The notes: generated by a model from the letters alone, not told the origin. A stretch of DNA of 64,000 nt from Minisyncoccia bacterium (GCA_049720475.1 JBNASH010000036.1:65339-129338); one strand, 5' to 3'. Counted from the first letter of the stretch, positions 22,599-34,066 are shown. Numbers and translations are program-made.

Positions 22599-24647
22599 TT
22601 ATTTTTTGGCTTTATCATCTGAATTATTCTTTTCCTGGTTTAAAGATTCGGGTTTAGTCCAAGAAGCATAATCGCACTCTGGATAACGGGAACAGCCATA
22701 AAAAATTCTCCCTCTTTTTGTCTTTCTTATTACAATGTAACCTTGATTACATTTTGGGCATTTAATTTCGGTAAGATGATTAGCATTATTATTTGCTAGA
22801 CTTTTAGTGTTTTTGCAGGTGGGAAAATTAGAACAAGCTAAAAATTTACCATAGCGGCCATATTTAATTACCATTGGCGATCCACATAATTCACATTTTT
22901 CATTTGTTTTTTCTTCAATAACATTTTTGCCCACCTCAACATATTTTTTGTCCAGATTTTCTTTGAATGGAATATAAAATTCTCGAACAACAGATTGCCA
23001 ATCAATTTTTCCTTCTGCAATTTTGTCTAAATCTTCTTCGATTTTGGCAGTAAACCCAACATCAACAATTTGAGGAAAATGTTCAGTGAGAATATTATTT
23101 ACCAAAAAACCAATTTCCGTGGGGCTAAATCTTTTATTTTCATCTAATTCAACATATCTTCTTTCTTTTAAGATGGAAATTATTGTAGCGTAGGTTGAAG
23201 GACGGCCGATGCCGTAACTTTCCAGTGTTTTAATCAAAGTAGCCTCGGAATAACGAGGTGGTGGTTCGGTAAAATGTTGAATGGGTTTAAATTCTTTGAT
23301 TGATAAATTTTGACCTTTAGAAAGAGCTGGCAATTCCGTTTCTTCTAATTTTAGAGGATAAACCTTTGTAAATCCATCAAAAACCAAAGACATTCCTACT
23401 GTTTTAAAATAATAATCATCATCAGCATTTACACTTTTAATTTCTACAATTAATTTTTTAATTTGAGCAGGTGCCATTTGAGAAGCAATAAATCGTTGCC
23501 AGATCAAAGCATAAAGCTTATAAAGTTTATTATCTATCTTTCCCTTTAATTCTTCTGGCAAAATGTGCGGGTTAGTTGGTCGAATTGCTTCGTGGGCTTC
23601 TTGAGCAAGGCGTGATTTATTGGAAAATTGACGACGCTGATAATATTTTTCTGAAAATTGCTGAATAATTACTTCTTTGGCTTTATTTAATGATTCCTCC
23701 GACAAATTCACCGAATCAGTTCGCATATAAGTAATCAAGCCAACTGGTCCTTTGCCAAAATCAACTCCTTCGTAAAGTTTCTGAGCTAAAAGCATTGTTT
23801 GTTTGGCAGAAAAATGAAGTTTTTTCCAGGCTTCTTGTTGAAGCGTGCTCGTGATAAAAGGTGGTAGGGGATTTTTCTGAGTTATTTTTTCTTCAATTTT
23901 ATTGATAACAAAATCTGCCTTTTTAATTTTCTCAACTATTTTTTCTGCTTCTTGCTGATTTTTGATGTAAAATTTATCTAAAATTTTTTCATTAATTTTA
24001 TATAATTCCGCTTGCAATAATTCTTTATTATCAGTTAAAAATTCAGCTAAAATAGTCCAGTATTCTTCGGGTTTAAATTTTTTTCTTTCGTTTTCTCTTT
24101 GAATAATTAAATTGAGCGCAGCGGATTGAACGCGGCCGGCTGATAAGCCATGAAAAACTTTTTTCCACAAAAAAGGAGATAAAAGATAGCCAACTAAACG
24201 ATCTAAAATTCTTCTGCCTTGCTGAGCGAAGACAAGATTCATATTAATATCGCGCGGGTGAAGCAAGGCGTTTTTAATAGCGGATTCGGTAATTTCATGA
24301 AAAGCAATACGTTTGATATTTTTATTTTCTTGATCGCCGTTTAAAAGCGTTTCTTTTAAATGCCAAGCAATAGCCTCACCCTCGCGATCTTCATCTGTTG
24401 CTAAAATAATTTCGTTGCTTTTCTGAGCCAGTTTTTTTAATTTGGTTAATTGTTTTTGATTTTTTCGGATAATAATGTAGTGCGGCGTAAAATTGTTTTC
24501 AATATCAATACCTAATTTGGATTTTGGCAAATCTCTAACATGACCATAAGACGCCTCAACCACATATTCATCTGTTAAAAAACGGCTGATGGTTTTTGCT
24601 TTAGTTGGTGATTCGACAATAACTAAGTTTTTCTTTTTTGTTGCCAT
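22599..24647 (-). CDS. topA: DNA topoisomerase I
   Basis: IVESPTKAKTI, LATDEDREGEAIAWH, SAGRVQS, ITYMRTDS, C-terminal zinc ribbons; start placed at MATKK. Confidence 0.97.
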   Translation of the reverse strand: MATKKKNLVIVESPTKAKTISRFLTDEYVVEASYGHVRDLPKSKLGIDIENNFTPHYIIIRKNQKQLTKLKKLAQKSNEIILATDEDREGEAIAWHLKETLLNGDQENKNIKRIAFHEITESAIKNALLHPRDINMNLVFAQQGRRILDRLVGYLLSPFLWKKVFHGLSAGRVQSAALNLIIQRENERKKFKPEEYWTILAEFLTDNKELLQAELYKINEKILDKFYIKNQQEAEKIVEKIKKADFVINKIEEKITQKNPLPPFITSTLQQEAWKKLHFSAKQTMLLAQKLYEGVDFGKGPVGLITYMRTDSVNLSEESLNKAKEVIIQQFSEKYYQRRQFSNKSRLAQEAHEAIRPTNPHILPEELKGKIDNKLYKLYALIWQRFIASQMAPAQIKKLIVEIKSVNADDDYYFKTVGMSLVFDGFTKVYPLKLEETELPALSKGQNLSIKEFKPIQHFTEPPPRYSEATLIKTLESYGIGRPSTYATIISILKERRYVELDENKRFSPTEIGFLVNNILTEHFPQIVDVGFTAKIEEDLDKIAEGKIDWQSVVREFYIPFKENLDKKYVEVGKNVIEEKTNEKCELCGSPMVIKYGRYGKFLACSNFPTCKNTKSLANNNANHLTEIKCPKCNQGYIVIRKTKRGRIFYGCSRYPECDYASWTKPESLNQEKNNSDDKAKK

Positions 24648-24649
24648 AG

Positions 24650-25774
24650 TTAAAATTTTGCTCGATAACCACCCGTTTCCCATTTAATTAAATTTTTTAA
24701 TTCTAACAAGGTTATAATTTGATTAACAACTTCAGTGTCTAATTTAGATATTTTGATAATGTCATCAATGAGCATGGGTGTTTCTGATTGTTTTATAATA
24801 TCCAATATTTTCTTTTCTTCAATAGTCAATTCATTTATTGGAGCGTTTTTTTCTTTCGAGTTAAAATCTATATTTAAAACTAGATTTTTTGCTATTTGCA
24901 ATTCTTCCAAAATGTCATTAACTTTGTGAACCAATTTAGCACCTGATTTAATTAATTGATGATTTCCCTCATAATTGGCGGAAAAAATAGACCCTGGTAT
25001 GGCAAAAACTTCACGATTTTGTTCTAGCGCAAAACGAGCAGTAATTAACGAACCGGATTTTAAAGGCGCTTCAATGACAACCGTACCAAAGGATAAGCCG
25101 CTAATAATTCTATTACGAGCTGGAAAATGATGTTTGAGGGGAGGAGTGGCGAGAGGATATTCGGTAATTAAAGCACCGTTTTTAATAATTTTTTCAGCTA
25201 ATTTTTTATTAGTTGAAGGGAAAATAACATCAAGACCCGATCCGAGAACAGCGATGGTTTGACCATTGTTTTCCAAAGTAACTTGATGACAAATAGTATC
25301 AATGCCATAAGCTAAGCCACTTACCGTAACAAATCCACATTCCACTAGTTCTCTAGTAATTTTTTCAACAACCATTTTGCCATAATTGGTGGCCTTGCGC
25401 GTTCCTACAATAGCTATTGTCGGTTTATTGCGAAAATCAAATTCACCGCAACAATAAATTCCTAAAGGCGGATCAGGAATTTCTTTTAAGAGAGATGGAT
25501 AATCATCCTCTTCTAATAAAATTAATTTATAACCACCGCTTTCCAATTTTTCCCATTCTTTTTGAGGATCTATTTTTTGCTTATTCTGATAGAAGTTTTG
25601 AATGGTTTCTAAAGAAAACTTGGGATAATGATTTAAAAAATCATCGTATTCATTAATAAACCATATTTTTTCAAAAGATCCATAAAAATCCTTTAATTTA
25701 GCTAACAAATTATAATTATAAGAACTGGCTAGGTTTAGAGCGTTAAAATAAACTTTTTCATTTAAATTTTGCAT
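24650..25774 (-). CDS. dprA: DNA-processing protein DprA
   Basis: AIVGTRKAT, VSGLAYGID, FPARNRIISGLS, SGSLITA; start placed at MQNLNEK. Confidence 0.95.
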   Translation of the reverse strand: MQNLNEKVYFNALNLASSYNYNLLAKLKDFYGSFEKIWFINEYDDFLNHYPKFSLETIQNFYQNKQKIDPQKEWEKLESGGYKLILLEEDDYPSLLKEIPDPPLGIYCCGEFDFRNKPTIAIVGTRKATNYGKMVVEKITRELVECGFVTVSGLAYGIDTICHQVTLENNGQTIAVLGSGLDVIFPSTNKKLAEKIIKNGALITEYPLATPPLKHHFPARNRIISGLSFGTVVIEAPLKSGSLITARFALEQNREVFAIPGSIFSANYEGNHQLIKSGAKLVHKVNDILEELQIAKNLVLNIDFNSKEKNAPINELTIEEKKILDIIKQSETPMLIDDIIKISKLDTEVVNQIITLLELKNLIKWETGGYRAKF

Positions 25775-25858
25775 AATTTTTGTTAGAATAATAGAGTATT
25801 GTTTTGTTGGGGATTTTATTTTATAATGATATAAAATTTTTGAAGGCTTGTAAAATCT

Positions 25859-26452
25859 ATGCCCGATAACCAAAATAATAAAAACAAAAAGCCATTTTTT
25901 GCTCAAATAGATAAGAGAATATTAAAACCGCTAACAATTTATGGCGTTGCAATTATAATTTTTATTGTGGGATTAATATTATCATTCTCAATTATTAAAA
26001 AACAAGGCGCAATAATAAAAACTTCAAGAGTCGAATACGCAAACTTATTACAACAATCAGAAATTTATAGTAATTTACAAAAAAACGCAAAGCTGCTATT
26101 GCCATATACCAAACTCATTAAGAATTTAATTCCGGACAAGAATCATTTGATTGATTTTAGTGAAGACCTTAATCAGTTAGCCAATAAACACAATTTAGAA
26201 TTAGGATTAATTTTTAAAGAGGTAGGTAGTAGTGATGATAAAAAAATTATTTTTAAAAATATTGATCAAGCCACCTTCACAATAAATATTCGAGGGCAAG
26301 CCAATGATTTTTTAGCGTTTTTAAAAGATTTAAAAACTTTTCCTTACTTTATCGATTTTTATAATTTTAATATTAGCAATGTCGGGATGACAAATGATAA
26401 AATAGAAATTTTTTCTTATAATATAGAAGGAAGAATTTTTATCCAAAAATAA
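25859..26452 (+). CDS. PilO-like type IV pilus assembly membrane protein
   Basis: N-terminal TM, coiled segment, IP....L.DF...L..LA....L and G....F..FL..L...PY pattern. Confidence 0.55.
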   Translation: MPDNQNNKNKKPFFAQIDKRILKPLTIYGVAIIIFIVGLILSFSIIKKQGAIIKTSRVEYANLLQQSEIYSNLQKNAKLLLPYTKLIKNLIPDKNHLIDFSEDLNQLANKHNLELGLIFKEVGSSDDKKIIFKNIDQATFTINIRGQANDFLAFLKDLKTFPYFIDFYNFNISNVGMTNDKIEIFSYNIEGRIFIQK

Positions 26453-26456
26453 AAAT

Positions 26457-27008
26457 ATGCCACTTTTTTCATCGAAAAAAAATAATCAAAACACTTTTAA
26501 TCCCAAAGAGTTAAATCGCAAACAATTGCAGCAGCAAAACTTGATTTTTGTAATTTCTGCGATTATTATAATAATAGGTCTGATTGCAGTGGTTGCTTAT
26601 ACAATAAATTTTTTAGTAAGGCAAATGGATGACATTTTTGGAGCGATTAAAAATACCAATGTCAATTTAGAAGGATTTAATGTTCAAGGATTCAATGAAA
26701 TAAAAGATAAATTGCCGATCACGGGTGATGAGATAGAAAAATTTTTGGAAGAATTAGAAAAAACCGAAACGACCACTCAATCGCCAACAATTTCCCCCGA
26801 ACAATTAGCTACAACAACGGGACAATTAGCAACAACAACTCCAATAACAAATATTGAGAATGAAGAAACCACCAGTACTTTAGAAAATCTTCCTACAAAC
26901 CAAACTGTTACTTCTTCACCTCAATTAACACCCACTAAAACTCCGATAACACTAACTCAAACTCCCACTCCAACCTTAACAATTTCACCCTCACCAACAA
27001 CGCCTTAA
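26457..27008 (+). CDS. Membrane-anchored protein with Thr/Pro/Ser-rich extracellular tail
   Basis: One TM helix; QLATTT twice; TPTPTLTISPSPTTP low-complexity tail. Confidence 0.6.
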   Translation: MPLFSSKKNNQNTFNPKELNRKQLQQQNLIFVISAIIIIIGLIAVVAYTINFLVRQMDDIFGAIKNTNVNLEGFNVQGFNEIKDKLPITGDEIEKFLEELEKTETTTQSPTISPEQLATTTGQLATTTPITNIENEETTSTLENLPTNQTVTSSPQLTPTKTPITLTQTPTPTLTISPSPTTP

Positions 27009-27015
27009 GAAAAAT

Positions 27016-27087
27016 GCGTGTGTAGTTCAGTGGTAGAACGCTGTCCTGATAAGACAGAGGTCGGAGGTTCGATCCCTCCCACACGCA
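27016..27087 (+). tRNA. tRNA-Ile(GAT), CCA not encoded
   Basis: GCGTGTG/CACACGC acceptor, CTGTC-CTGATAA-GACAG anticodon arm, GGTTCGATCC T-arm. Confidence 0.95.
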
Positions 27088-27092
27088 CTCTA

Positions 27093-27120
27093 TTGACAAA
27101 AAAATATTGTTGATTATAAT
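27093..27120 (+). promoter_or_regulatory. Consensus sigma70 promoter for sRNA-1
   Basis: TTGACA-16 nt-TATAAT. Confidence 0.8.
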
Positions 27121-27126
27121 AAAAAA

Positions 27127-27209
27127 TGAAGTGAGTGCTTTTCCTGAACGTTTAGTCGTTTAGGAAATCCAATTACCGTGGAAAGCCGCCCTTTATGGGC
27201 GGTTTTCTT
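27127..27209 (+). ncRNA. Putative small RNA 1 (hairpin plus terminator), unknown family
   Basis: Lies between a consensus promoter and terminator GAAAGCCGCCC/GGGCGGTTTTC (27181-27207); internal hairpin 27140-27167; no long ORF. Confidence 0.6.
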
Positions 27210-27219
27210 CTATTTTAAT

Positions 27220-27247
27220 TTGATATTAGAAAAAACTTGGCTATAAT
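27220..27247 (+). promoter_or_regulatory. Sigma70 promoter for sRNA-2 / murB leader
   Basis: TTGATA-16 nt-TATAAT. Confidence 0.65.
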
Positions 27248-27256
27248 ATAAAAAAA

Positions 27257-27345
27257 GTTTCGGTTCCGTTCTGGCCCGCAGGATTGAGCACTCACTTAAA
27301 TGGTAATTGGAGTCAACCGCCTGCGGGCCAGAACGGAACGGAAAC
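27257..27345 (+). ncRNA. Putative small RNA 2: GC-rich 26-position stem with a 37-nt loop complementary to sRNA-1
   Basis: GTTTC-g-GTTCCGTTCTGGCCCGCAGG / CCTGCGGGCCAGAACGGAAC-g-GAAAC inverted repeat. Confidence 0.6.
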
Positions 27346-27361
27346 ATATAAATAAGCAAAA

Positions 27362-28294
27362 ATGGAATTTAAAAGAAATATTTTATTAAAACAATTTACT
27401 ACTTTTCAAATTGGTGGGCCAGCAGAGTATTTTGTTGAAATTTCTAATATAGATGAACTAAAAGAGACTATTCAAAAGGCCAAGGAATTAAATAAACCAA
27501 TTTTTATCTTGGGAGGAGGATCTAATTTATTGATTAGCGATAGTGGTTTTGAAGGTGTAGTTGCCAGAATAAAAATGGTGGGAGTAGAAATAGTGGAAGA
27601 CAAGGAAAAAGTAAACATGAAGGTTTTGTCGGGTACGCCTTTAGCAATGATACTTCAAAAAGCAGTTGAAATAGGAGCAACTGGTTTGGAGTGGGCTGCT
27701 GGTATTCCAGGAACAGTTGGTGGGGCAGTAGTAGGAAATAGTGGCGCCTATGGTCAAAGCATGGGTAATTATGTTAAAAAAGTTTCGGCATTGGAATTAA
27801 AAGATATGACTATTCGTCAATTTTCCCAAAACGAATGCCTGTTTTCTTATAGAGATAGCATTTTCAAAAAGAATGACACTGTTATTTTGTCGGCAGAACT
27901 CGAATTATTAAAAGGTAATAAAGATTTAATTCGGCAAAAAGTAAGCGAATACATTAAAGAAAGAAAAGAAAAAACTCCACCGTATCCTTCTGCGGGCTGT
28001 ATTTTCAAAAATATACCTATTGATCAGTTGAGTTCTAATCAGCTAAAACAAATACCGGAGGAAAAAATTAAAGGAGGAAAAGTGCCGGTGGGGTATTTAA
28101 TTGATCAGTGCGGATTAAAAGGAAAAAGAATTGGTGATGCTCAAATTTCAGAAATGCACGCAAATTTTATTATAAATTTAGGGAATGCTACGGCTGCCGA
28201 AGTCTATAAATTAATCAATCTTTGCAAAGAAGCTGTTTTTAACAAATTCGGGATTAAGTTAGAAGAAGAAATTCGTTATGTTGGCAATTTTTAA
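27362..28294 (+). CDS. murB: UDP-N-acetylmuramate dehydrogenase
   Basis: TTFQIGGPA, LGGGSNLL, GIPGTVGGA..GNSGAYG, SAGCIFKN, HANFIIN. Confidence 0.96.
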   Translation: MEFKRNILLKQFTTFQIGGPAEYFVEISNIDELKETIQKAKELNKPIFILGGGSNLLISDSGFEGVVARIKMVGVEIVEDKEKVNMKVLSGTPLAMILQKAVEIGATGLEWAAGIPGTVGGAVVGNSGAYGQSMGNYVKKVSALELKDMTIRQFSQNECLFSYRDSIFKKNDTVILSAELELLKGNKDLIRQKVSEYIKERKEKTPPYPSAGCIFKNIPIDQLSSNQLKQIPEEKIKGGKVPVGYLIDQCGLKGKRIGDAQISEMHANFIINLGNATAAEVYKLINLCKEAVFNKFGIKLEEEIRYVGNF

Positions 28295-28322
28295 AACAGT
28301 CGTTTTTAATAATTTTTAAAAT

Positions 28323-28697
28323 ATGAACATTAATTATAAGACCAAAAATATTGTATTAGATGAGGAGGTTAAAAATTATTTAGAGGAAAAAATTGGCGGA
28401 TTAATAGAGAAATATCTTTTAAAACTTGATGAAAAAGAAAATATTCAAGTGGATTGCGAGGTTGCGCGCGAAACTCATCACCAAAAAGGGAATGTTTATT
28501 ATGTTGAAGTTAATATGGAATTACCTGGCCGAATTTTAAGAGTGGCAAAATATCATTCCGATATTAAGAGTGGTATTGATGAAGTTGAATCAGATTTAAA
28601 AAGGCAGATAAAAAAATATCGTGAAATTAATAAGGCAAAAAATAGAAAGGATTGGCTAAAATTAAAAAACTTAATTCGAGGAATTTTCAAGAAATAA
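28323..28697 (+). CDS. raiA: Ribosome hibernation promoting factor (RaiA/HPF)
   Basis: INY.TKNI.L....KNYLEEKI, VEVNMELPGRILRV, ID.VE..L.RQIKKY. Confidence 0.8.
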   Translation: MNINYKTKNIVLDEEVKNYLEEKIGGLIEKYLLKLDEKENIQVDCEVARETHHQKGNVYYVEVNMELPGRILRVAKYHSDIKSGIDEVESDLKRQIKKYREINKAKNRKDWLKLKNLIRGIFKK

Positions 28698-28740
28698 ATA
28701 TTCTTGACAAATTTTAAAGTAAAAATAAAATTGATTATAA

Positions 28741-28767
28741 TTAGCACTCAAAGGTCGAGCATGCTAA
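28741..28767 (+). promoter_or_regulatory. CIRCE-like operator (HrcA site) upstream of groES
   Basis: TTAGCACTC-N9-GCATGCTAA versus consensus TTAGCACTC-N9-GAGTGCTAA (2 mismatches); TTGACA upstream. Confidence 0.8.
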
Positions 28768-28789
28768 TTTAAAAATCTATTCCAAAAAT

Positions 28790-29077
28790 ATGCTCAAACC
28801 ACTATCAGATCATATTATTTTAGAATCTATAAAAGAAGAAATGGTTACCGAGGGCGGTATTATTTTGCCAGAAACGGCTGAAAAAGAAAAACCTCAAAAA
28901 GGAAAAGTAATTGCCGTTGGTCCTGGTCGAATAAAAGATGATGGAACGCGCATCCCATTAGAAGTAAAAGTAGGTGATGTGGTTATTTTTCATCAATACG
29001 GTCCATCAGAAATAAAAATTGATAAAAAAGAATATTTGGTCGCTCGAGAAGATGATATTATTGCGATTATAGAATAA
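28790..29077 (+). CDS. groES: Co-chaperonin GroES
   Basis: LKPL.D, TEGGIILP, GKVIAVGPG, VKVGD. Confidence 0.97.
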   Translation: MLKPLSDHIILESIKEEMVTEGGIILPETAEKEKPQKGKVIAVGPGRIKDDGTRIPLEVKVGDVVIFHQYGPSEIKIDKKEYLVAREDDIIAIIE

Positions 29078-29121
29078 ATCTATTCCGAACCCGCTTAAGG
29101 TTTAAAAGCGGGGAGGGATAG

Positions 29122-30777
<1,656 letters not shown>

Positions 30778-30784
30778 AGATACT

Positions 30785-30815
30785 AAAAAATCCCGGGTTG
30801 ATCCCGGGATTTTTT
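30785..30815 (+). terminator. Intrinsic terminator of groESL
   Basis: AAAAAATCCCGGG-ttgat-CCCGGGATTTTTT. Confidence 0.85.
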
Positions 30816-30824
30816 ATTTATAAA

Positions 30825-31316
30825 ATGAAATTAATGAAAAAAGAGTTTGTTGCCGTTTTAGATAATATTAGAAGTTTGCTAAATGTTGGCTCAATTTTCC
30901 GTACTGCTGAAGCGTTGGGGTTTAAAAAGCTTTATTTGGGTGGCATTACACCAGCGCCAGACAATTCCCATCACAAAAGAATTATTCATAAAACCGCTTT
31001 AGGCGCAGAAGAATTTTTAAATTGGGAAAAAAGACGGCAAACTGTAAAAATTATTAAGCAATTAAAAGAAGCGGGCTATTATTTAATTGCCCTCGAACTT
31101 CATCCCCAAAGCAAAAAAATTACCAATTTTAAAAAAATACCAAAAAAATATCAGAAAATTGCTTTGGTTGTTGGCAACGAAGTGAAGGGTATTAATAAAA
31201 AATATCTGAAATTGTGCCATGAAATTGTTGAAATTCCTTTAGAGGGCAAAAAAGAATCATTAAATGTTTCGGTTGCTTTTGGTATTGGCGCTTTTTGGTT
31301 TAAAAATTTAAAATAA
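30825..31316 (+). CDS. SpoU/TrmH family RNA methyltransferase
   Basis: LDNIRS..NVGSIFRTA, VGNEVKG, SLNVSVA SPOUT motifs. Confidence 0.9.
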   Translation: MKLMKKEFVAVLDNIRSLLNVGSIFRTAEALGFKKLYLGGITPAPDNSHHKRIIHKTALGAEEFLNWEKRRQTVKIIKQLKEAGYYLIALELHPQSKKITNFKKIPKKYQKIALVVGNEVKGINKKYLKLCHEIVEIPLEGKKESLNVSVAFGIGAFWFKNLK

Positions 31317-31379
31317 TTTAAAAATTTGTTATAATAATAAAAATTCGCTTAACTTCAAAGTCGTTTAAAATAAAAAATT

Positions 31380-32417
31380 ATGAAAAAATTAAGAGTTGCT
31401 ATAAATGGTTTTGGCCGCATCGGTCGAGTTTTCTTTAGACAAGCCCTTGAAAATCCAAACGTTGAAATTGTGGCCATTAATGATTTGGCTGATGTTAACA
31501 CACTAGCCTATCTTTTAAAATACGATTCTGTCTACGGTATTTATAATAAAAAAATTGAAACCGAAATTAATGATCAACAAAAATTAATCGTTGATAATAA
31601 GCCAATTTTATTTTTTCAGAAAAAAGAACCACTTGAATTGCCATGGAAGGATTTAGATATTGATGTAGTCATTGAATCAACAGGCGTTTTTGAAAGTTTT
31701 GAAAAAGCCAGCGTTCATTTAAAGGCTGGCGCTAAAAGAGTTATTATTACCGCACCAGCAAAAGATGATGATGGAAGTTTAGCAAAAGGAGCAACAATAA
31801 TCTGCGGTATAAATGATGATCTTATTTCTCGGGTGAAAATTACCTCTAATGGTTCTTGTACGACAAATGCGATTGCTCCGGCTTTGGCAATTTTAATTAA
31901 AACTGTGGGTGTTAAAAAAGCAATTCTTAATACCACTCATGCTTACACAGCTACCCAACGCATTGTTGATGGGCCAGATGCTAAAGATTTAAGAAGGGGT
32001 CGTGCGGGCGCGATTAATTTGGTACCCTCAACGACTGGCGCGGCAATTGCCGTCGGAAAGGTTATTAAAGAATTAGATGGAATCTTTGATGGAATTTCTA
32101 TTCGAACTCCGGTACCGACTGTTTCTTTAGCTGATATTACTTTTTTAGCCAGTCGTCAAACTTCAGTTGAAGAAATTAATCAGATTTTTGTTGAAGCATC
32201 AAAGAGTCCTCAATGGCAAAAAATTTTTACGGTTGTTTCAGATCCCGTGGTTTCTACTGATTTAATTGGTAATCCCCATGCGAGTATTGCTGATTTGTCA
32301 TTTATTAAAGTAATAGATGGGGATTTGGTAAAAGTTTTAGTTTGGTATGATAATGAATGGGGTTATGCAGCTTCTTTATTAAATCATCTACTGAAAATCG
32401 CCCAGATAAAAGAATAG
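31380..32417 (+). CDS. gap: Glyceraldehyde-3-phosphate dehydrogenase (type I)
   Basis: INGFGRIGR, SCTTN, WYDNEWGY. Confidence 0.97.
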   Translation: MKKLRVAINGFGRIGRVFFRQALENPNVEIVAINDLADVNTLAYLLKYDSVYGIYNKKIETEINDQQKLIVDNKPILFFQKKEPLELPWKDLDIDVVIESTGVFESFEKASVHLKAGAKRVIITAPAKDDDGSLAKGATIICGINDDLISRVKITSNGSCTTNAIAPALAILIKTVGVKKAILNTTHAYTATQRIVDGPDAKDLRRGRAGAINLVPSTTGAAIAVGKVIKELDGIFDGISIRTPVPTVSLADITFLASRQTSVEEINQIFVEASKSPQWQKIFTVVSDPVVSTDLIGNPHASIADLSFIKVIDGDLVKVLVWYDNEWGYAASLLNHLLKIAQIKE

Positions 32418-32425
32418 ATATAGTT

Positions 32426-34066
32426 ATGGGGAAAACGCTTCAAGAGTTTTTTAAAAAAAGATGGGAATTAATTATTCTCATTGCTTTTTTTGGTTTATTA
32501 TTTTTACAACTTTTTTCCTCTCATATTCTTTTACCAGCAAATAATGGTTTATATTCTTCTGGTTCAACATGGGGGGATCTGCCTTTTCATCTGACATTAA
32601 TCAATAGTTTTAAAGAGAGGGGATTGTTTACCACTCTTAACCAATTTCCTCTTTATTTTGGCGAAAAGACTCGTTATCCTTTTGTTTTTGATTATCTTTC
32701 AGCAATCCTTTTGAAATTAGGATTGAATTTAAGGTGGTCAATAATTATTCCATCAATTTTAGTTTTAATTGCTTTAATTATTTGTCTTTATTATCTTGCT
32801 TTAAAAATCAGCAAAAGGCGTTTAGTGGCTTTTTTCACTCCTTTTTTATTTATTTTTAATGGGTCTGTTTTTGCTCTTTATTATTTTTGGAAAGACTTCA
32901 AAAAAACAAGCTTTCCATTATTTAAATTTTTAAATAGCTTACCTATTCAATATACTCATCTTTCCGAAAAAGGAATTGAATTTTCTAATTTAGTAGCTGA
33001 TTTTCTTTTGCCGCAGCGAACCATCCTTTTGGGTTTGGTTTTTGCTTGTTTGTCTTTAATATTTCTTTGGAATTACTGGGAAACCAATGATAGAAAAAAA
33101 TTATTAAAGTCAGCTATTGTGATTGGCTTAATGCCTCTCATTCATACGCATTTATTTTTGTCTTTAATTTTGTTCTCATTCTTTCTTTTTTTCATCCAAT
33201 GGATCTATTTTAAAAAATTTTCCATAAAAGAATGGTTTTTGTGGGGGGTAATTGTTTTGGTATTGGCGATTGGTCCTGTGTTATGGCTTTTTCCCTTTAA
33301 TAATAAAAGTTTTTTTAGAGTCCAGTTGGGTTGGATGGCTAACGGAGAATTTTTTTGGTGGTTTTGGTTGAAAAATTTGGGTTTGTATTTGATTTTGTTG
33401 ATTTTTGGCTTCTCTATAATTAAAAAATATCCTCATTGGAATAAAATCGTTACTTTTTATTTGCCGGCTTTTTTGATTTGGATAATTTGCAACATTTTTA
33501 TTTTTCAACCTTGGGAATTTGATAATATGAAAGTTTTTATTTTTTGGTTTTTGCTTTCAACAATTATTATTGCTTGTTATTTTGATTATCTTTTAAGAAG
33601 AAGGGTTGTTTCTAAAGTATTGGCTGTATTTTTATTTTTACTAATTATTTTACCGGGTTTTTTGGCTGTTTTCCGCGAATTAAAAACTTCCTATGTTTTG
33701 TATACAAACTCTGATTTAGAATTGGCTAATTTTGTTACAAAAAACACCAAAACTTCAGATCTTTTTCTTACTACTGATAAACATAATAATCCCATTTCTT
33801 CTTTGGCTGGCCGACAAATATTAATGGGATATCGTGGCTGGCTGTGGTCTCATGGCATTGATTATAATGAACGCTTTAAGGATTTACTTAATATTTATAA
33901 TGGCTCTGATATTGCCTATCAATTAATAAGCAAATATGCCCCAAATTATATTTTGGTGGAAAAAAAGACAGATTCTCAGTGGTTAATCAATTATAATTAT
34001 TTTAAAAACCATTTTCGGCCAGTTTTTGAAAATTCGGCTTACATCTTATATAAAATAGAAAATTGA
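32426..34066 (+). CDS. Polytopic membrane protein, probable GT-C glycosyltransferase
   Basis: WGDLPFH in the first external loop, about 12 TM helices, C-terminal SLAGR...GY.GWLWSHG domain. Confidence 0.6.
   Translation: MGKTLQEFFKKRWELIILIAFFGLLFLQLFSSHILLPANNGLYSSGSTWGDLPFHLTLINSFKERGLFTTLNQFPLYFGEKTRYPFVFDYLSAILLKLGLNLRWSIIIPSILVLIALIICLYYLALKISKRRLVAFFTPFLFIFNGSVFALYYFWKDFKKTSFPLFKFLNSLPIQYTHLSEKGIEFSNLVADFLLPQRTILLGLVFACLSLIFLWNYWETNDRKKLLKSAIVIGLMPLIHTHLFLSLILFSFFLFFIQWIYFKKFSIKEWFLWGVIVLVLAIGPVLWLFPFNNKSFFRVQLGWMANGEFFWWFWLKNLGLYLILLIFGFSIIKKYPHWNKIVTFYLPAFLIWIICNIFIFQPWEFDNMKVFIFWFLLSTIIIACYFDYLLRRRVVSKVLAVFLFLLIILPGFLAVFRELKTSYVLYTNSDLELANFVTKNTKTSDLFLTTDKHNNPISSLAGRQILMGYRGWLWSHGIDYNERFKDLLNIYNGSDIAYQLISKYAPNYILVEKKTDSQWLINYNYFKNHFRPVFENSAYILYKIEN

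Noticed and set aside
25775-25906. Long N-terminal extension of DprA in the ORF track
   Set aside because: It overlaps the divergent pilO-like gene and promoter region; the start at 25774 fits better
26802-26840. Short tandem repeat encoding QLATTT twice
   Set aside because: Ordinary low-complexity duplication in a Thr-rich linker
27257-27345. GTTTC...GAAAC ends reminiscent of a CRISPR repeat
   Set aside because: It is one inverted repeat, not direct repeats with spacers, and no cas operon is present in the window
13143-29117. GGGGAGGG (KOPS-like) octamers at 13143 and 29110 pointing toward the dif-like site
   Set aside because: Only two copies noticed and none seen on the other arm; too few to claim polarity
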